Source of the DNA: Octopus vulgaris
Lineage: Eukaryota
Length of the DNA stretch: 64,000 nt
Assembly: GCA_951406725.2 (NCBI GenBank)
Contig: OX597818.1
Location: 72,602,001 to 72,666,000, forward strand
Reading direction: 5' to 3'
Position 1 is the first letter of the stretch, and each line of letters begins with the position of its first letter. This document shows, in pieces, positions 43,545 through 56,300 of this stretch. The position numbers and the translations under genes are program-made. The notes under the pieces were generated by a model. That model had not been told where the DNA came from. It worked only from the letters and a program-made list of their open reading frames with translations, and did not search any database.

Positions 43545-44283
43545 CATACTGTGAGTGCTATAAGCAAATATATGAAAAGTAAACACGTGCACAGAAACAG
43601 GAATAGAATTCAACACGCACTCATGCATACAAATACGCACGTTGTCTTAGTTCGTTTGTCTGTTTACAATTACATTAATTTTGCTCATAGTAACACGTTG
43701 TGTGCTGGGGTGAGAACAACTTATTCTATTGTAGTTTTGGCTTGCTCCCCTTACTTCACAATGGAAATGATTGTACTACACACACACACACACACAGACA
43801 CACACACACGCACACACACAAACACAGGTACACACACACAATTGCAATTCTGTACATATGCATATATATATGGTTTTATATATGTCTGATTATGAGGTAA
43901 GGTTTTTGTGTTCGCTCAGTCCCTGGTAATTTTATGAATACTGCAAACAACCCAACACACCACCCTCACTGCCCCTATCGTTCCTCTGCCATTTCTATTT
44001 ATACTGCACATCTCCACATTTACCGAATACTCCGCTGATGCAGTATATAAACGTCTTTTGAAGCTATTTTTAAATCAATAATATATAAAACGTACATTTG
44101 GTAAAGAAAAATAAATGAAGATGTTTAAATGTCAGAGTTGCCTGTGACGAATATGACAGGGCAGCAGGATTGTTGAACTGTGTTCTGTGTTCTGAGAATA
44201 ATATTGTCTGCCGCACTCTTTTATAGAAGTGTAACTGAAACAGAGAGAGAGAGAGATACACACACATGTACACACTCACATAT

Positions 44284-44314
<31 letters not shown>

Positions 44315-44617
44315 AACAATTGCAGCATGGAAGGGGTTTATAAGCCATTTAAAAAACACACAAAATCCGTTAGATTCACTTTAACATTTTTGTTGAGTGA
44401 TTTGTTTGCGAAATACTCTCTTATTCGCTTTCATTCCTTCATTACTAAATTCCATCTAATTTTCAGCGTGCTGTACGGCATTTTCTCAGTGAATAGGTCG
44501 CCGTCTCAAGGCGACGAAAATATTTTGACTCAAGATAAATTTAAATGTTGAAGTGAATCTAATGGGTTTTTTGTGTTTCTTAAATGGCTTATAAACACAT
44601 TCCATGCTGTAATTGTT
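44315..44617. mobile_element. Foldback/MITE-like element with ~75-bp inverted arms
   Basis: 44315-44389 is the imperfect reverse complement of 44543-44617. The spacer also occurs at ~39170-39250. Confidence 0.7.
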
Positions 44618-44672
44618 TTCGTTCCAGCACACGATCTCAGATCAGGTCACTTGCTATGCAAGTACATCTCCG

Positions 44673-44727
<55 letters not shown>

Positions 44728-44737
44728 TGTATGTACA

Positions 44738-45445
44738 TATCGGGTAGGGTGAATAGATTGTCATTTAAAATAATAAAAATAAAAATAACACTGACATCTC
44801 ATTTTAACAGCTATATTTACCAAATATACTTTTAAGATATCTTGAGATACTATTCAGTTAAATTATTCAACAAAATCACCATCGGTTTCAACCACAGCCT
44901 CCAGAAGACTTCGGAGTCTCCTGCAGCTCTTCTGGATGGTCTCCTTGTTTAAGTTGGTGAATGCTGCCATAACCTTTGCCTTCAATTTAATCTTTGTTGT
45001 TACAAGGAGTTTTGTTGGTCTCTCGCTCAATTGCGCCCCACACATAATAATCAATGGGGTTGCACACTGGGGAGTTAGTTGGCCAGATGTTAGAGGTAAT
45101 GTGGTCGCAGGAATTTTCTGACGGCCATGACTGGGTCCTCCTGCTTGTTTGACATGGTGCAGAGTACTGTTGTCGGATATAGTGTCTTCCAGCAGCCACC
45201 CTTTTCATCCAGGCAGCACTACCTCCTCCAGGCACTTATTGTAGACCTCTGTGTTGAGTGTGAAGCCGCGTTGGAAGGTGAATGGAGACGTAACGTTACC
45301 ATCACTAGTGATCACTCTAAACACCATAATATTGGCTGGATGTTTGGTTTTTATCACTCTCAGTATATGGCCACTGTCTGTCACTCTCAGTCCGGTCACT
45401 TCGTAATTTTTTTTGTACACGTTTCTTGACGTCTTGTGCCCACAT
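44738..45445 (-). mobile_element. Tc1/mariner transposase remnant
   Basis: KHPANIMVF..ITSDG, QQYSAPC, WPTNSPVCNPIDYYVW. Confidence 0.85.
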
Positions 45446-45447
45446 AA

Positions 45448-45488
<41 letters not shown>

Positions 45489-45574
45489 CGTGTAGATGTA
45501 AGCATGTAAGTATACTTATGTATATATGCATATATATTATCTATATTATTATCATTAATATATACATATATATA

Positions 45575-45925
45575 TATTATTCAGTTTTATTTGAAGAGTT
45601 CTTGTCAATGCAGAGAAAGAATCGGTTTCTAACCTAGATCCAAGGCTCCTTCATTAGAATTTTAACACCAAGAAGATATTTTTGTATGTATGTATATTTG
45701 CTGTATTTAGCGTCACTTAAATGATAAGCTTCTGAAGAGTTTTTGCAAATTTCTTCATGTCCAGGGATGGTCTATAGTCTTCGCATCAGGTGTCTCCTTT
45801 CTGGTGTTGACAAGCCTAAATTCTTAAGTTTGACACTTAAGCATGTGTTACATATTTCAGTGCCACAATAATTACAGGTATAAACCTGAAATTGTAATCG
45901 TGGTAGGTAGGTTTATATTTATTGA
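45575..45925 (-). mobile_element. 3' end of a restriction-like-endonuclease LINE adjacent to (TACA)n
   Basis: YHDYNFRFIPVIIVALKYVTH matches the REL C-terminal motif (IPVIIGALG). Short 3' UTR ends aaataaaactgaataat. Confidence 0.6.
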
Positions 45926-47303
45926 GGTTTTCATTGAGACACTCCACCAGACCTTCTATGTATGTATGTATGTATGTATGTATGTATGTATGTATGTATG
46001 TATGTATGTATGTATGTATGTATGTATGTATGTATGCATTATATGTGTATATATTATGTATGTGTATGCATGAGCACATGAGCGCCTTCATTGGCTATGA
46101 ACGTTGTCGTTTGTTACAAAGTCATAAACTGCAGTAAGAACTTCACTAGTCTCCTATATAAAGACATCTGATGATGGGAGGTTACAACAAGAGATTAACT
46201 GTAATCTGCCTATATCATGCGACTTTGGTCGTTTTCAGATTGGTCGGGACATCAAGTGGTTAATAACATTTGTGCGTTATTAATACTATTTTTCTCTTTA
46301 CCTATTCCAATGTATTAAATTGAAAGCAACTCTCCAGTCGAAAAGTAATTAGAAAAAGAATCAAACGTAATAATAATTTTAAACAAAATAATGATAAAAA
46401 AATAATAAATGTTAATAAAAAATTACATTGTTACGGCTTCGAAATTTCTGTCCAACTTTATACATACAATGTTTCCAATAAACCTCACTGATCACTTTAA
46501 AACGACATTACATCTCATCAGTGAACTCGATGTAGTATATATTTTTGCAAGGATTCAGTTGATTGACTGCCTTTAATATCTTTGAGGAACAGAATTTGTA
46601 AACGGGAAATTGTCACTAGTCTGCCGTGAATACTGTCTATTGTTGCAGAGCAATACACTTGCATTTTTAAAAGCTTTTAGTCCGTCGGGTTACATTTTTC
46701 CAATTGTAGCTACCGAAGATTTATTCTGCATATTGATGTTGAAATCATAAAGCTCCTTTTCATGCTTTCGTTTTAAATTCAGATAGAGGATATCGAATAA
46801 TAACGTGGAATCTACAGTGATTGTAGTAAGTATTTACGTAACTGTTTATGAAGCGATTTATACAACCATTATGACAAAGATTTGTCCATATTTCAATGAA
46901 ATAGTTTATGCCCTTAGGGTAGAGGAAATCTGCGCACGTATTTGTAAAGTATTTTATGCAGTAGTGGTAAAAATGACATTGATTAGTTTTATAAAAATGG
47001 TTTATACTATGGTAATAGTTAATTTCTATGCTCATATTTTATAAAGTAGGAGAAAAGAGCACAGTTTTGACAAAGCTATGGCATCAGTAACCAGTTTCAA
47101 GGAAAACTCAGCAGTATGAACAATGATAACAATGGTTTTAGTTGGAGCTTTGTGTATATGTATGTATGCATGTATGTATGCATGTATGTATGTATGTATT
47201 TATGTATGTATCTATATATTATGTATGCATGTATGTATGTGTATGTATGTATGTTTGTAAACATATGTGTGAGTTTGTGTATGCACATAAACATTAACAA
47301 ATA

Positions 47304-48316
47304 CAGGGTGAGAGAGATATTTAACGACTTGTTTGGTAATTTAATTCACATCTGTAGTAAAGAAATTTGTAAACACGTTTTCGATAAGCTTTTTTATTAG
47401 ATTATTCTATGAATGTGCCTTCAACTTCGGTGCCTGCTTCAATGCTGGACGGGAATCATCGGCATGTCTGCAAAAAAGAGTCCTTATACATTTCAGACAT
47501 GGCCTGGAGAATGGTAAGCTATGGTATTGTGATGATGTCGTATATTTTTCCTTTGAACAAAGCTTTCAAAGTAGTAGTCAAAAGGATTTAAATCCAGGAA
47601 GTGTGGAGGTCACATGTTTGTTGTTACTACGATAGTAAAAATTCTCTGAAATACATTCTTGGTCTTGGTGGAATTCTAAGAAGGTGCTGTGTCTTGTTGA
47701 AACACGTATGGCCTTTCACTGCATACTTCATTGAAACAGGCTTTAACAATTATCTCTATTACCTCAACGTATTCAGACACATTAATTCTAGAATCTTGTC
47801 GAAATATGTGAGGTGGCATGACATGGTCGTCGTTAGTCACCCTTCTTAAAACAATCACAACAGCTGAAACTTTGAACGAGTTCATCTCAATGATATTTAC
47901 AAAGCCATATTTCTTCCCTTCTGTCAAATATTTGGTTTTGGTCGAAGAAATTTTAACCTTGTTAAGCAGCCAGTTCAAACAGTACTCTTGTGCTTTGGCA
48001 GACATGAATTAGCGTCTCCTCAGTACATATGGTTTGTCTCAAATATCGTCCTGCACCCGAAGTTCTTTGGCGATTGCTTTCACTGTTTTTTGTGGGGATC
48101 ATCATCGGTAGTGTTTTTAGTCCGTGTGATAAATCATGGTGATCTATGTTATCCGGTTTGAAAGTTTAGAGTGTTTTTTTTTCTGTCTCGTTTTGGTACA
48201 GATGACATCCCAACCAGAGGTTCCCAATTCCATCCGAAATTTGTGCATGACAGATCTTATAACAGTTAGAAAGTTGATAATTTCTGAATCGCTTTGTTCC
48301 GCATCATAATTGTATC
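47304..48316 (-). mobile_element. Tc1/mariner transposase remnant
   Basis: VMPPHIF...YVFQQDTAPS...LNPFDYY. TA|CAGGG terminus at 47304. Confidence 0.82.
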
Positions 48317-48407
48317 TCACTTCCTATTTACTGTAAGCATTTTGTCTGGTGGGGTTAATCTCCAAAATGAAAAACCCTTCAATTGCTTTGAAGAAAACAA
48401 TACATTA

Positions 48408-48648
48408 ATAGAATGGTTGTATACTGTCAATCTAACAAGAACGTGACAGTAGGGGGTACACCACCGTTGTATAGCCCTAGGAGGCATCGAACGCCTCCTG
48501 ACAGCTTCGACACATTTTTCCCTACGGACACAGGGAAAAAATGTGTCGAAGCTGTCAGGAGGCGTTCGATGCCTCCTAGGGCTATACAACGGTGGTGTAC
48601 CCCCTACTCTCACGTTCTTGTTAGATTGACAGTATACAACCATTCTAT
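48408..48648. repeat. 241-bp near-perfect palindrome
   Basis: Arms at 48408-48523 and 48532-48648 with an 8-nt loop, one mismatch and one 1-nt indel. Confidence 0.95.
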
Positions 48649-48824
48649 CGTCCCACCACCGTACAGGTCTCTACGAGAGATTTAGAAATTCAATATTTCT
48701 TATAATACATTAATAATTAAGCATTTTCAAATACTCCTCGAATTATGTATGAATATATATATGTCTCTTCTACGTTTTAATTATTATAAATCTTCTAGAA
48801 GATTGACAATAAATCAAATAACTA

Positions 48825-49060
48825 ATGAGAAAATTCTGCACAATGAACTTGGCATGACAAAGGTTTCTACTAGGTGGGTGCCACGACTTCTGACAAGTGG
48901 TCACAAGGGCACCAGGCTGGTCGTATCATGGGAGAATCTGATATTGTTTCAGGCAGATATAGCTCGTTTCCTTAAGCGCATCCTAACCCAGGATGAGTGT
49001 TGGCCAGAATTTGAGCCAGAGGCACGGGGACAAATTAGTTCTAGGTCTTTTCATCTGCAG
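48825..49060 (+). mobile_element. mariner transposase fragment
   Basis: ILHNELGMTKVSTRWVPRLLT...ILTQDECW (WVP motif and first catalytic D). Confidence 0.85.
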
Positions 49061-49080
49061 TGAAGAAGATGACCTCAGTA

Positions 49081-49542
49081 TGTCATATAGCCATTTAGAG
49101 GCGATGGCTTCTTGGGGCTAATCAACGGCAGCTTTCGTCCTATATTTATGGACTGCCATAAATAGCTTGGAGATAACTCGTAATATCCAGTACCGCTGCC
49201 GTAATCTCCTTTAAAGAGACTTAGAAATAATAATATTTCTATTTTTGAAAACCAGTGGATATATTCCATTGAAACTAGGTAAGTAATCCTTCGAACAGAC
49301 GGTCAGCAGCGATGCCTGCTGGGTTCGGCTACTCTGCATTGATAAAGGACAAAAACCATGAAACATGTCTACTGATGCCTGACCAGGAAGGGGAAGCGGC
49401 TGACCTCCCCTCTTCGAAGGTTATTATGGACTCAGGTTTGTGTGTCATATAGCTAGCTAGAGAAGATGGCCTCTTGGAGATAATCAACGGCAGCTTTCGT
49501 CCTATATTTATGGACTGCCATATTAGCTTGGCGATAACTGAC
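49081..49542. repeat. Two ~100-bp direct repeats of a hairpin-rich sequence
   Basis: 49081-49178 and 49443-49540 share tgtcatatagc...aatcaacggcagctttcgtcctatatttatggactgcca...tagcttgg.gataact. Confidence 0.8.
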
Positions 49543-49548
49543 AATAAA

Positions 49549-49596
<48 letters not shown>

Positions 49597-49611
49597 TAGA
49601 TATAGAAATTA

Positions 49612-50056
49612 AGATAGAGAAATTAAGGCCAACAGACCAGATATAGTTGTCAGAGATCATGAAGAAAAAAAATGCTTTTTAATTGATGTATCAATACCGG
49701 CAGATGACAACGTGTCTCTAAAAGAAATGGAGAAACTCTCAAAATACAAAGACCTGGAAATAGAGGTAACTAGAATGTGGAATCTGAAAACAGAAACAAT
49801 TCCTATCATAGTAGGTGCATTAGGCATGATAAAAAAATATTCAGACAAATACATAACAAAAACACCAGGACTTACAAACACATATAACATACAGAAAATT
49901 GCACTACTAGGCACTGCCCACATCCTACGCAGAACACTTTCCATACAATAACCATCAGAGCATCACAACAAATCACAGCACATACCCAAGGCACACAGAG
50001 CTGCGCTCGGTAGTGAAGTGAAAGCACGCTATAAAAATAAAAATAAAACTACTGAA
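49612..50056 (+). mobile_element. 5'-truncated R4/Dong LINE copy (REL domain + 3' UTR)
   Basis: NRPDIVVRDHEEKKCFLIDVSIP...LGTAHILRRTLSIQ*, flanked by (TAA)n. Confidence 0.92.
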
Positions 50057-50068
50057 TAATAATAATAA

Positions 50069-50384
<316 letters not shown>

Positions 50385-52829
50385 GAATAACAAACTCGGC
50401 ATCTGAACAACTTTGGACCCCCATAACAACTGAAGAGGTCACCCAGGCACTGCAAAGACTAAGCAACTGGAAGGCACCTGGGCATGACAAGATCCCCAAC
50501 TTCTGGTTGAAATATCTAACAGGAATGCACAAAAAGCTGGCTGAAAACTTTAACAAAGTACTAGCAGAGCCAGAGACAATGCCTGAATGGCTCACGAAGG
50601 GGAAAACCATCTTAATTCCCAAATCAAATGAAACAGAAAAACCAGAAAACTACAGACCAATAACCTGCCTCCCTACTATGTTCAAGGCATTTACTGCAGT
50701 GATATCACAAAGGCTGAACAAGCACCTGGACGAAAACAAACTGTTCCCAGAAGAGCAGAAAGGATGCCGCAAAGGCTCATATGGCTGTAAAGATCAACTA
50801 ATGATTAATAAAGCCATAACTGAAGACAGCCACAGAAAGAAGAAAGGCCTCAGTATGGCCTGGATCGACTACAAAAAGGCGTTTGATAGCATCCCCCACA
50901 CATGGATCCTCGAAACACTAGCCATTAACAAAGTAGCACCAACAATCATAAAATTCATAGAGCACTCTATGAATAAATGGCAAACAGTCCTACACCTCCA
51001 AACAAAAGAGGGACTCATGAAAACCAAAGACATCCCCATTAGAAGAGGAATATTCCAGGGAGACACGCTCTCTCCACTGCTTTTCTGCTTGGCACTGTCA
51101 CCTCTATCTGATATGCTAAATAGAACTGGATGCGGATATAAATGTTACGGCAAAACGATCAGCCACCTTTTATATATGGATGACCTAAAACTATACGCTG
51201 CAAATGACAAACAGCTGGAAACACTATTAAAGACAGTTCATGGATTTACCAAAGAAATAGATATGAAATTTGGATTAGAAAAATGCGCCAAAGTAACCAT
51301 GAAAAAAGGAAAACTAGTTAAGAGTAACAACATCACACTAGATAAAACCAATGAAATAAAAGAATTAGACCAAAGCCAAACTTACAAATACTTAGGAATC
51401 CATGAACTAGATAAGACACAACACACACAATTGAAAGAGAAAATAAAAAAAGAATATTATAGGCGAGTTAGATCAATACTAAACACAGAGCTCAATGCTA
51501 AAAACAAGGTAATAGGTATCAACACTTTAGCTGTCCCAGTTATAAGTTACAGCTACAATATCCTTAACTGGACACGAAATGAACTGACCAAAATAGATAG
51601 GAAAACAAGAAAAATAATGACAGGATCTAGGATGCATCACCCAAAATCTGACATAGAAAGACTATATATACAACGTATAGAAGGTGGTAGAGGCCTTATA
51701 CAGCTGGAAAACTACTATAAAATAACCACCATAGGACTGCAAAAATATCTACTTCAGAGGGAAGGAAAACTGATCCAGATAGCGGCAAAACACGAGCAAA
51801 ACAAAAAAACTGTTCTCAGTATTTAAGGAAGCTGACAAATACACACAAGAAATCATACCACCTAATAAACATGAAGAAGAAGAAGATGAAGAAACAACAA
51901 AAGCTATAAAACAAATGAAATCCAAACTAAAAATAGAACAGCAACGAACCATGATAAAACGATGGCAAGAAAAGCCCCTTCATGGTAAATACTGCACTAA
52001 ACTAAACGCAAAAGAAATAGACAAAGAAAAATCCCAGCAATGGTTGAGAAGCTCAGGACTCAAAGCAGGAACAGAGGGATTTTTAATTGCAGCACAAGAC
52101 CAAAGCCTCCCCACAAGAAATTACCAAAAACATGTAATGAAAAGAAATATTACAAGTAACTGCAGAATATGTGGAGATGGACAAGAAACAATAAATCATA
52201 TTATCTCTAGCTGCCCAGTCTTGGCTAAGAAGGAATATATTCACAGACATGACAGAGTTGGAACCTACATACATTGGAAGCTATGCCAACATTATGGAAT
52301 AACAACAGAAAAAAGATGGTATAGGCACACACCAGAAAAGGTCACAGAAAACGAGAAAGCAACCATACTCTGGGATATGCCGATACACACAGATAGAGAA
52401 ATTAAGACCAACAGACCAGATATAGTTGTCAGAGATCATGAAGAAAAAAATGCTTTCTAATTGATGTATCAATACCGGCTGATGACAACGTGTCTCTAAA
52501 AGAAATGGAGAAACTCTCAAAATACAAAGACCTGGAAATAGAGGTAACTAGAATGTGGAATCTGAAAACAGAAACAATTCCTATCATAGTAGGTGCATTA
52601 GGCATGATAAAAAAATATTCAGACAAATACATAACAAAAACACCAGGACTTACAAACACATATAACATACAGAAAATTGCACTACTAGGCACTGCACACA
52701 TCCTACGCAGAACACTTTCCATACAATAACCATCAGAGCATCACAACAAATCACAGCACATACCCAAGGCACACAGAGCTGTGCTCGGTAGTGAAGTGAA
52801 AGCACGCTATAAAAATAAAACTACTGAAT
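50385..52829 (+). mobile_element. Young 5'-truncated R4/Dong-clade LINE: RT, CCHC knuckle, restriction-like endonuclease
   Basis: WKAPG, YRPITCL, EQKG, WIDYKKAFDS, GIFQGDTLSPLLF, LYMDDLK, KYLG, CRICGDGQETINHIISSC, RHD, RPDIVV, KYKDL. Inserted in (TAA)n, the known Dong target. Confidence 0.95.
50399..52729 (+). pseudogene. R4/Dong ORF (RT-REL) with two frameshifts in A-runs
   Basis: ORF-track pieces 50507-51826, 51915-52460 and 52490-52729 join after -1 A at ~51809 and +1 A at ~52450. Confidence 0.85.
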
Positions 52830-52830
52830 G

Positions 52831-52890
<60 letters not shown>

Positions 52891-52891
<1 letters not shown>

Positions 52892-53340
52892 GCAAATATT
52901 CTGCTCAATACCACAGATTTGCTTATCAGTTGTTTGACCTTAACCAGTTGAGCATGTCCCTTAGTGGCTGACAATATGTGCATCTCTGATCACGAGCGGA
53001 ATTAGTGGGGGGCATCATAGTCATGTGTTGAGAGGGATTCTATGGAGTTTGAATAATTCACCTCTGGAAACATAGGTGTTTCGTTCAACATCCTTAATCA
53101 ACCCTTATTCAAGGACCTTTTGAGCGGGATGGGTTACTAAACCAGAAGAAAATTCTAACTGGGCCCCACCTGCAAGGTCATGTGCTGTTTATCTTGATAT
53201 GAGATCACCATATCGCGCACATATGGTTGTGATGCATGTGCCTGGTGTACCCTTATCAGACGGGTAGTCATGATGGGTATACTGGGCTTCGTATATTTTA
53301 CTCCAGTGTCACTTTGATGGCATGCACTGCTCTCTCACTC
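52891..53340 (+). mobile_element. (TAA)n-associated non-coding element (family of 34292-34800)
   Basis: Direct homology to the reverse complement of 34292-34730, with TAA repeats on both sides. Confidence 0.8.
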
Positions 53341-53367
53341 AATAATAATAATAATAATGATAATAAC

Positions 53368-56300
53368 ACTTTCTTTATTGGCCACCAGGGCCGAACACAA
53401 AACATAGCAGATAATAAACAAACGAAGGACAGTTAGGTTAAATATGTAAACACAACGATTAACAAAGATATTAAATCAAAAATGTTTCCCCAGTAGGAGT
53501 TACACCGTAAAATGACTAAAGAGACCACACGCACTTAGGACCCCTGAACACCAAAGGCTCATCAGGAAGGCACACTCTCCTCTCGAAAGGGAGGAGGCGA
53601 GGTAATTTTCACAATGAACTTGGACAATAGCTAGATCCGTCCTACTTATAACAATAACTGTTCGACAAAGATCCGCAAGTCAGAAATACTCCGACTCTGT
53701 CAAGAGCATGCAGAACGGTTTCATCGCTCCGCGTGCATCTTGGAAAGCCCGACTGATTGCACAGCTGGTCCTGAAGAGTTTATCTCGAACAGGCAGCGCC
53801 CCTCGGTAGCAGTGCCAAGTCAGTGATTTCTGGAAGTTATCCATAATTTCCGGCCCGGAAGTCCTCCGGAAGAGACCAGCCAGTTGATCCCTATGGACGC
53901 CCAGGATCTCTCCGAGTGCATCGTCACTCTTGCCTTCCACTAATGCCCTATAGAACTCCAAGTTGGAACTTCAACCGACCGCATTGCCCGACTGGCCGTG
54001 TGCTATAACCGTTTGGAGACATTCTAGGTGCCAAGCGCCCTGCCTCGGTCTACTCCTGATGTAAGACTGTAGCTCCGTTAAAAAGACAAACTGCTGAAAG
54101 GCGTGTTCAACAAACAGCGGCCACACCTGCTCAATGCTAAGGTATTGCTGGAGATGTCGCAGCCTCAGCTCATGTCTGCGCATCCTCAGTCAGGGAATGC
54201 TCAGTTCTCCAAGCAACGTGTGTGTTGACAGTAAGTGACCCGGCTGACAAACGATACCTGTACCCTCTACAGAAAGCAGAAGAGCAAACGCACCAAATCT
54301 GCTACCGACCCCTCAAAGACCGAATTTTAGTTTTATTACGACGTGACGTCTCAGCCACTCGGGCCCATCGAATGGCTTCCGTTTCTTCCTGCTTTAGAAC
54401 ATACGCCCTAGCTCTGACGATGCAACCATCATGCTTGGTGTTGAAGAATTGGTTCAGAACCAATCTCGTTGTCAGCAAGTCCGTCACTATGCCTCTATTG
54501 GGTGCCTCTTCTAATTTCCTAACTAGGTCTCCTACTATTCTAATCCGCTCTATCGCTAGTTCTCTGCTAAATTCTACAGCTTCTACTCTAATCACCCGTT
54601 TTAGGCCCCCCAGCATCGGTTGTTGATGACTGCACCTATCAAATTTCGATGGACTAACTTCCGAAGCCGGGAAGGACGCGTTCAGCTCCCAGTATCCGGG
54701 TCCCTGCCTATGGAGTCTATCTAGGCCAACCGTACAGATCACACATTTGTCGTCTGTGTATTTGACAAATTAAAACACCCTATGGACAGCCTATGCTATT
54801 TTTATCAGGTGGCCTATAAACTACTCTATCTAGATAAGATCTGGATGACCCTACACTTTGCCTATGTCAACACTGGAGTATTCGGTAAATCCAGTCCGCC
54901 AACTTGTAATGGCTGAACAGTTTTGCGAGGTTTGTGAGGTTTGCGCACCCCACTTTCCAATCCACTAGTCCCATCCACGTGCATCCAAAATGGCGTTCCA
55001 GTCGCTCACTAACACTAAAGAGTGAGACGTCTCTAGAAGTCCTCCAGACGACTGAAGAACGCTAGCTGCCCCGTCCCACTCGATGCGTACAATGTGACCA
55101 GTTTAAAAGCTTTGCTTTCATTATCGTTCACGTCCAGGACCATCGACTTACGTTCTCCGTCTCTCGAGATTCAGGCATTTTCTGTACAGTACTGCCACCC
55201 CACTCCCTATTCCCGGTCGACTAAGAGATGCGAAAATCTCAAAGTCATCGAAAATGGGAGTCAAGGTCCGTGTGTCCGCAATCTTGTTATCACTGATGGC
55301 TATTATATCCAAACATAGCAACCTGAAGTCGTTGCCCAAGCGTCCTTGCTTCAATGATGACCCCAGAAAGTAAGCAAAGGAAAAAGGGAGTGTCTTTGTG
55401 GACGAGTGGTTCTCCTACCCTGTTTGTTTTGTTGGATTTCTCTGGAAACTCCCTTAAAAGCCTTCTGCTGGTCGTTACACTGTGAGATCCAGTGTCATAC
55501 GGGCAGCTCCACTAAATGCTCGTATAAGTCTCTAATGCTATTCGCACCATCATTAGATTCTCCGGTACTCTAAAAGTGTTGGGGCTGCAGATCACCCCCT
55601 TTCTTTCGATGTTCTCGTTTTGTGCTATGAGAGCCATCAGCTTTTCGTTGGCCTTCCTCACTAGCTGCGCGGATTGTTGCTGTTGTAGTGACATTTTTCT
55701 TTTTAAAGTTTATTGTGTTTTTGATTCTGTTGTGGGTGTTTGTGACGGTGTTGGTGATTGTGGTGCTTGCAGTGCTGGTCTTGCCGTCAGTGTGTCTGTG
55801 TTTGCCGTTTCTTGGATTTCTCCCTTTTTCTGTGTCTCTTTCTTGACATTCTATTACCGCTTGGCTTCCCCGTAATCATCACTTGGATGCAGGAAGGAGT
55901 CCATGTCTTGTATGTTGTGTTCTTGTGTTATTTGATCTGGTTAACTTGCAGCAGTTGCTGCTGGTGCAACCCCCACTACCACCTTTACTCTAACACCTGT
56001 CTGTTTCATCTCCTTGAGTTCACTTTCCGTTTTTATTTCCCTACCTTTCTGTTGTTGTTTTTGTTTTTGTCAACTCATGAGTTGTGGTGCTTTCGTTTGA
56101 ACATTTTCTGTCTTGTTCTGGTTCTGTGTGCAGAAAAACCGTAAGTGGCCCGTGGAATCATGGTCGTGGCACCTCGGCATTCTGCCCTCCACGTTCACGC
56201 TTATTTCTACTCCATTCGAGAAGGAAATCGGGGCTGAGACTCTGTTTAACTGCTCTGGTTTCATGTGGAGAAGAACCTCCAAGGTAGTCCCAACCCAAAT

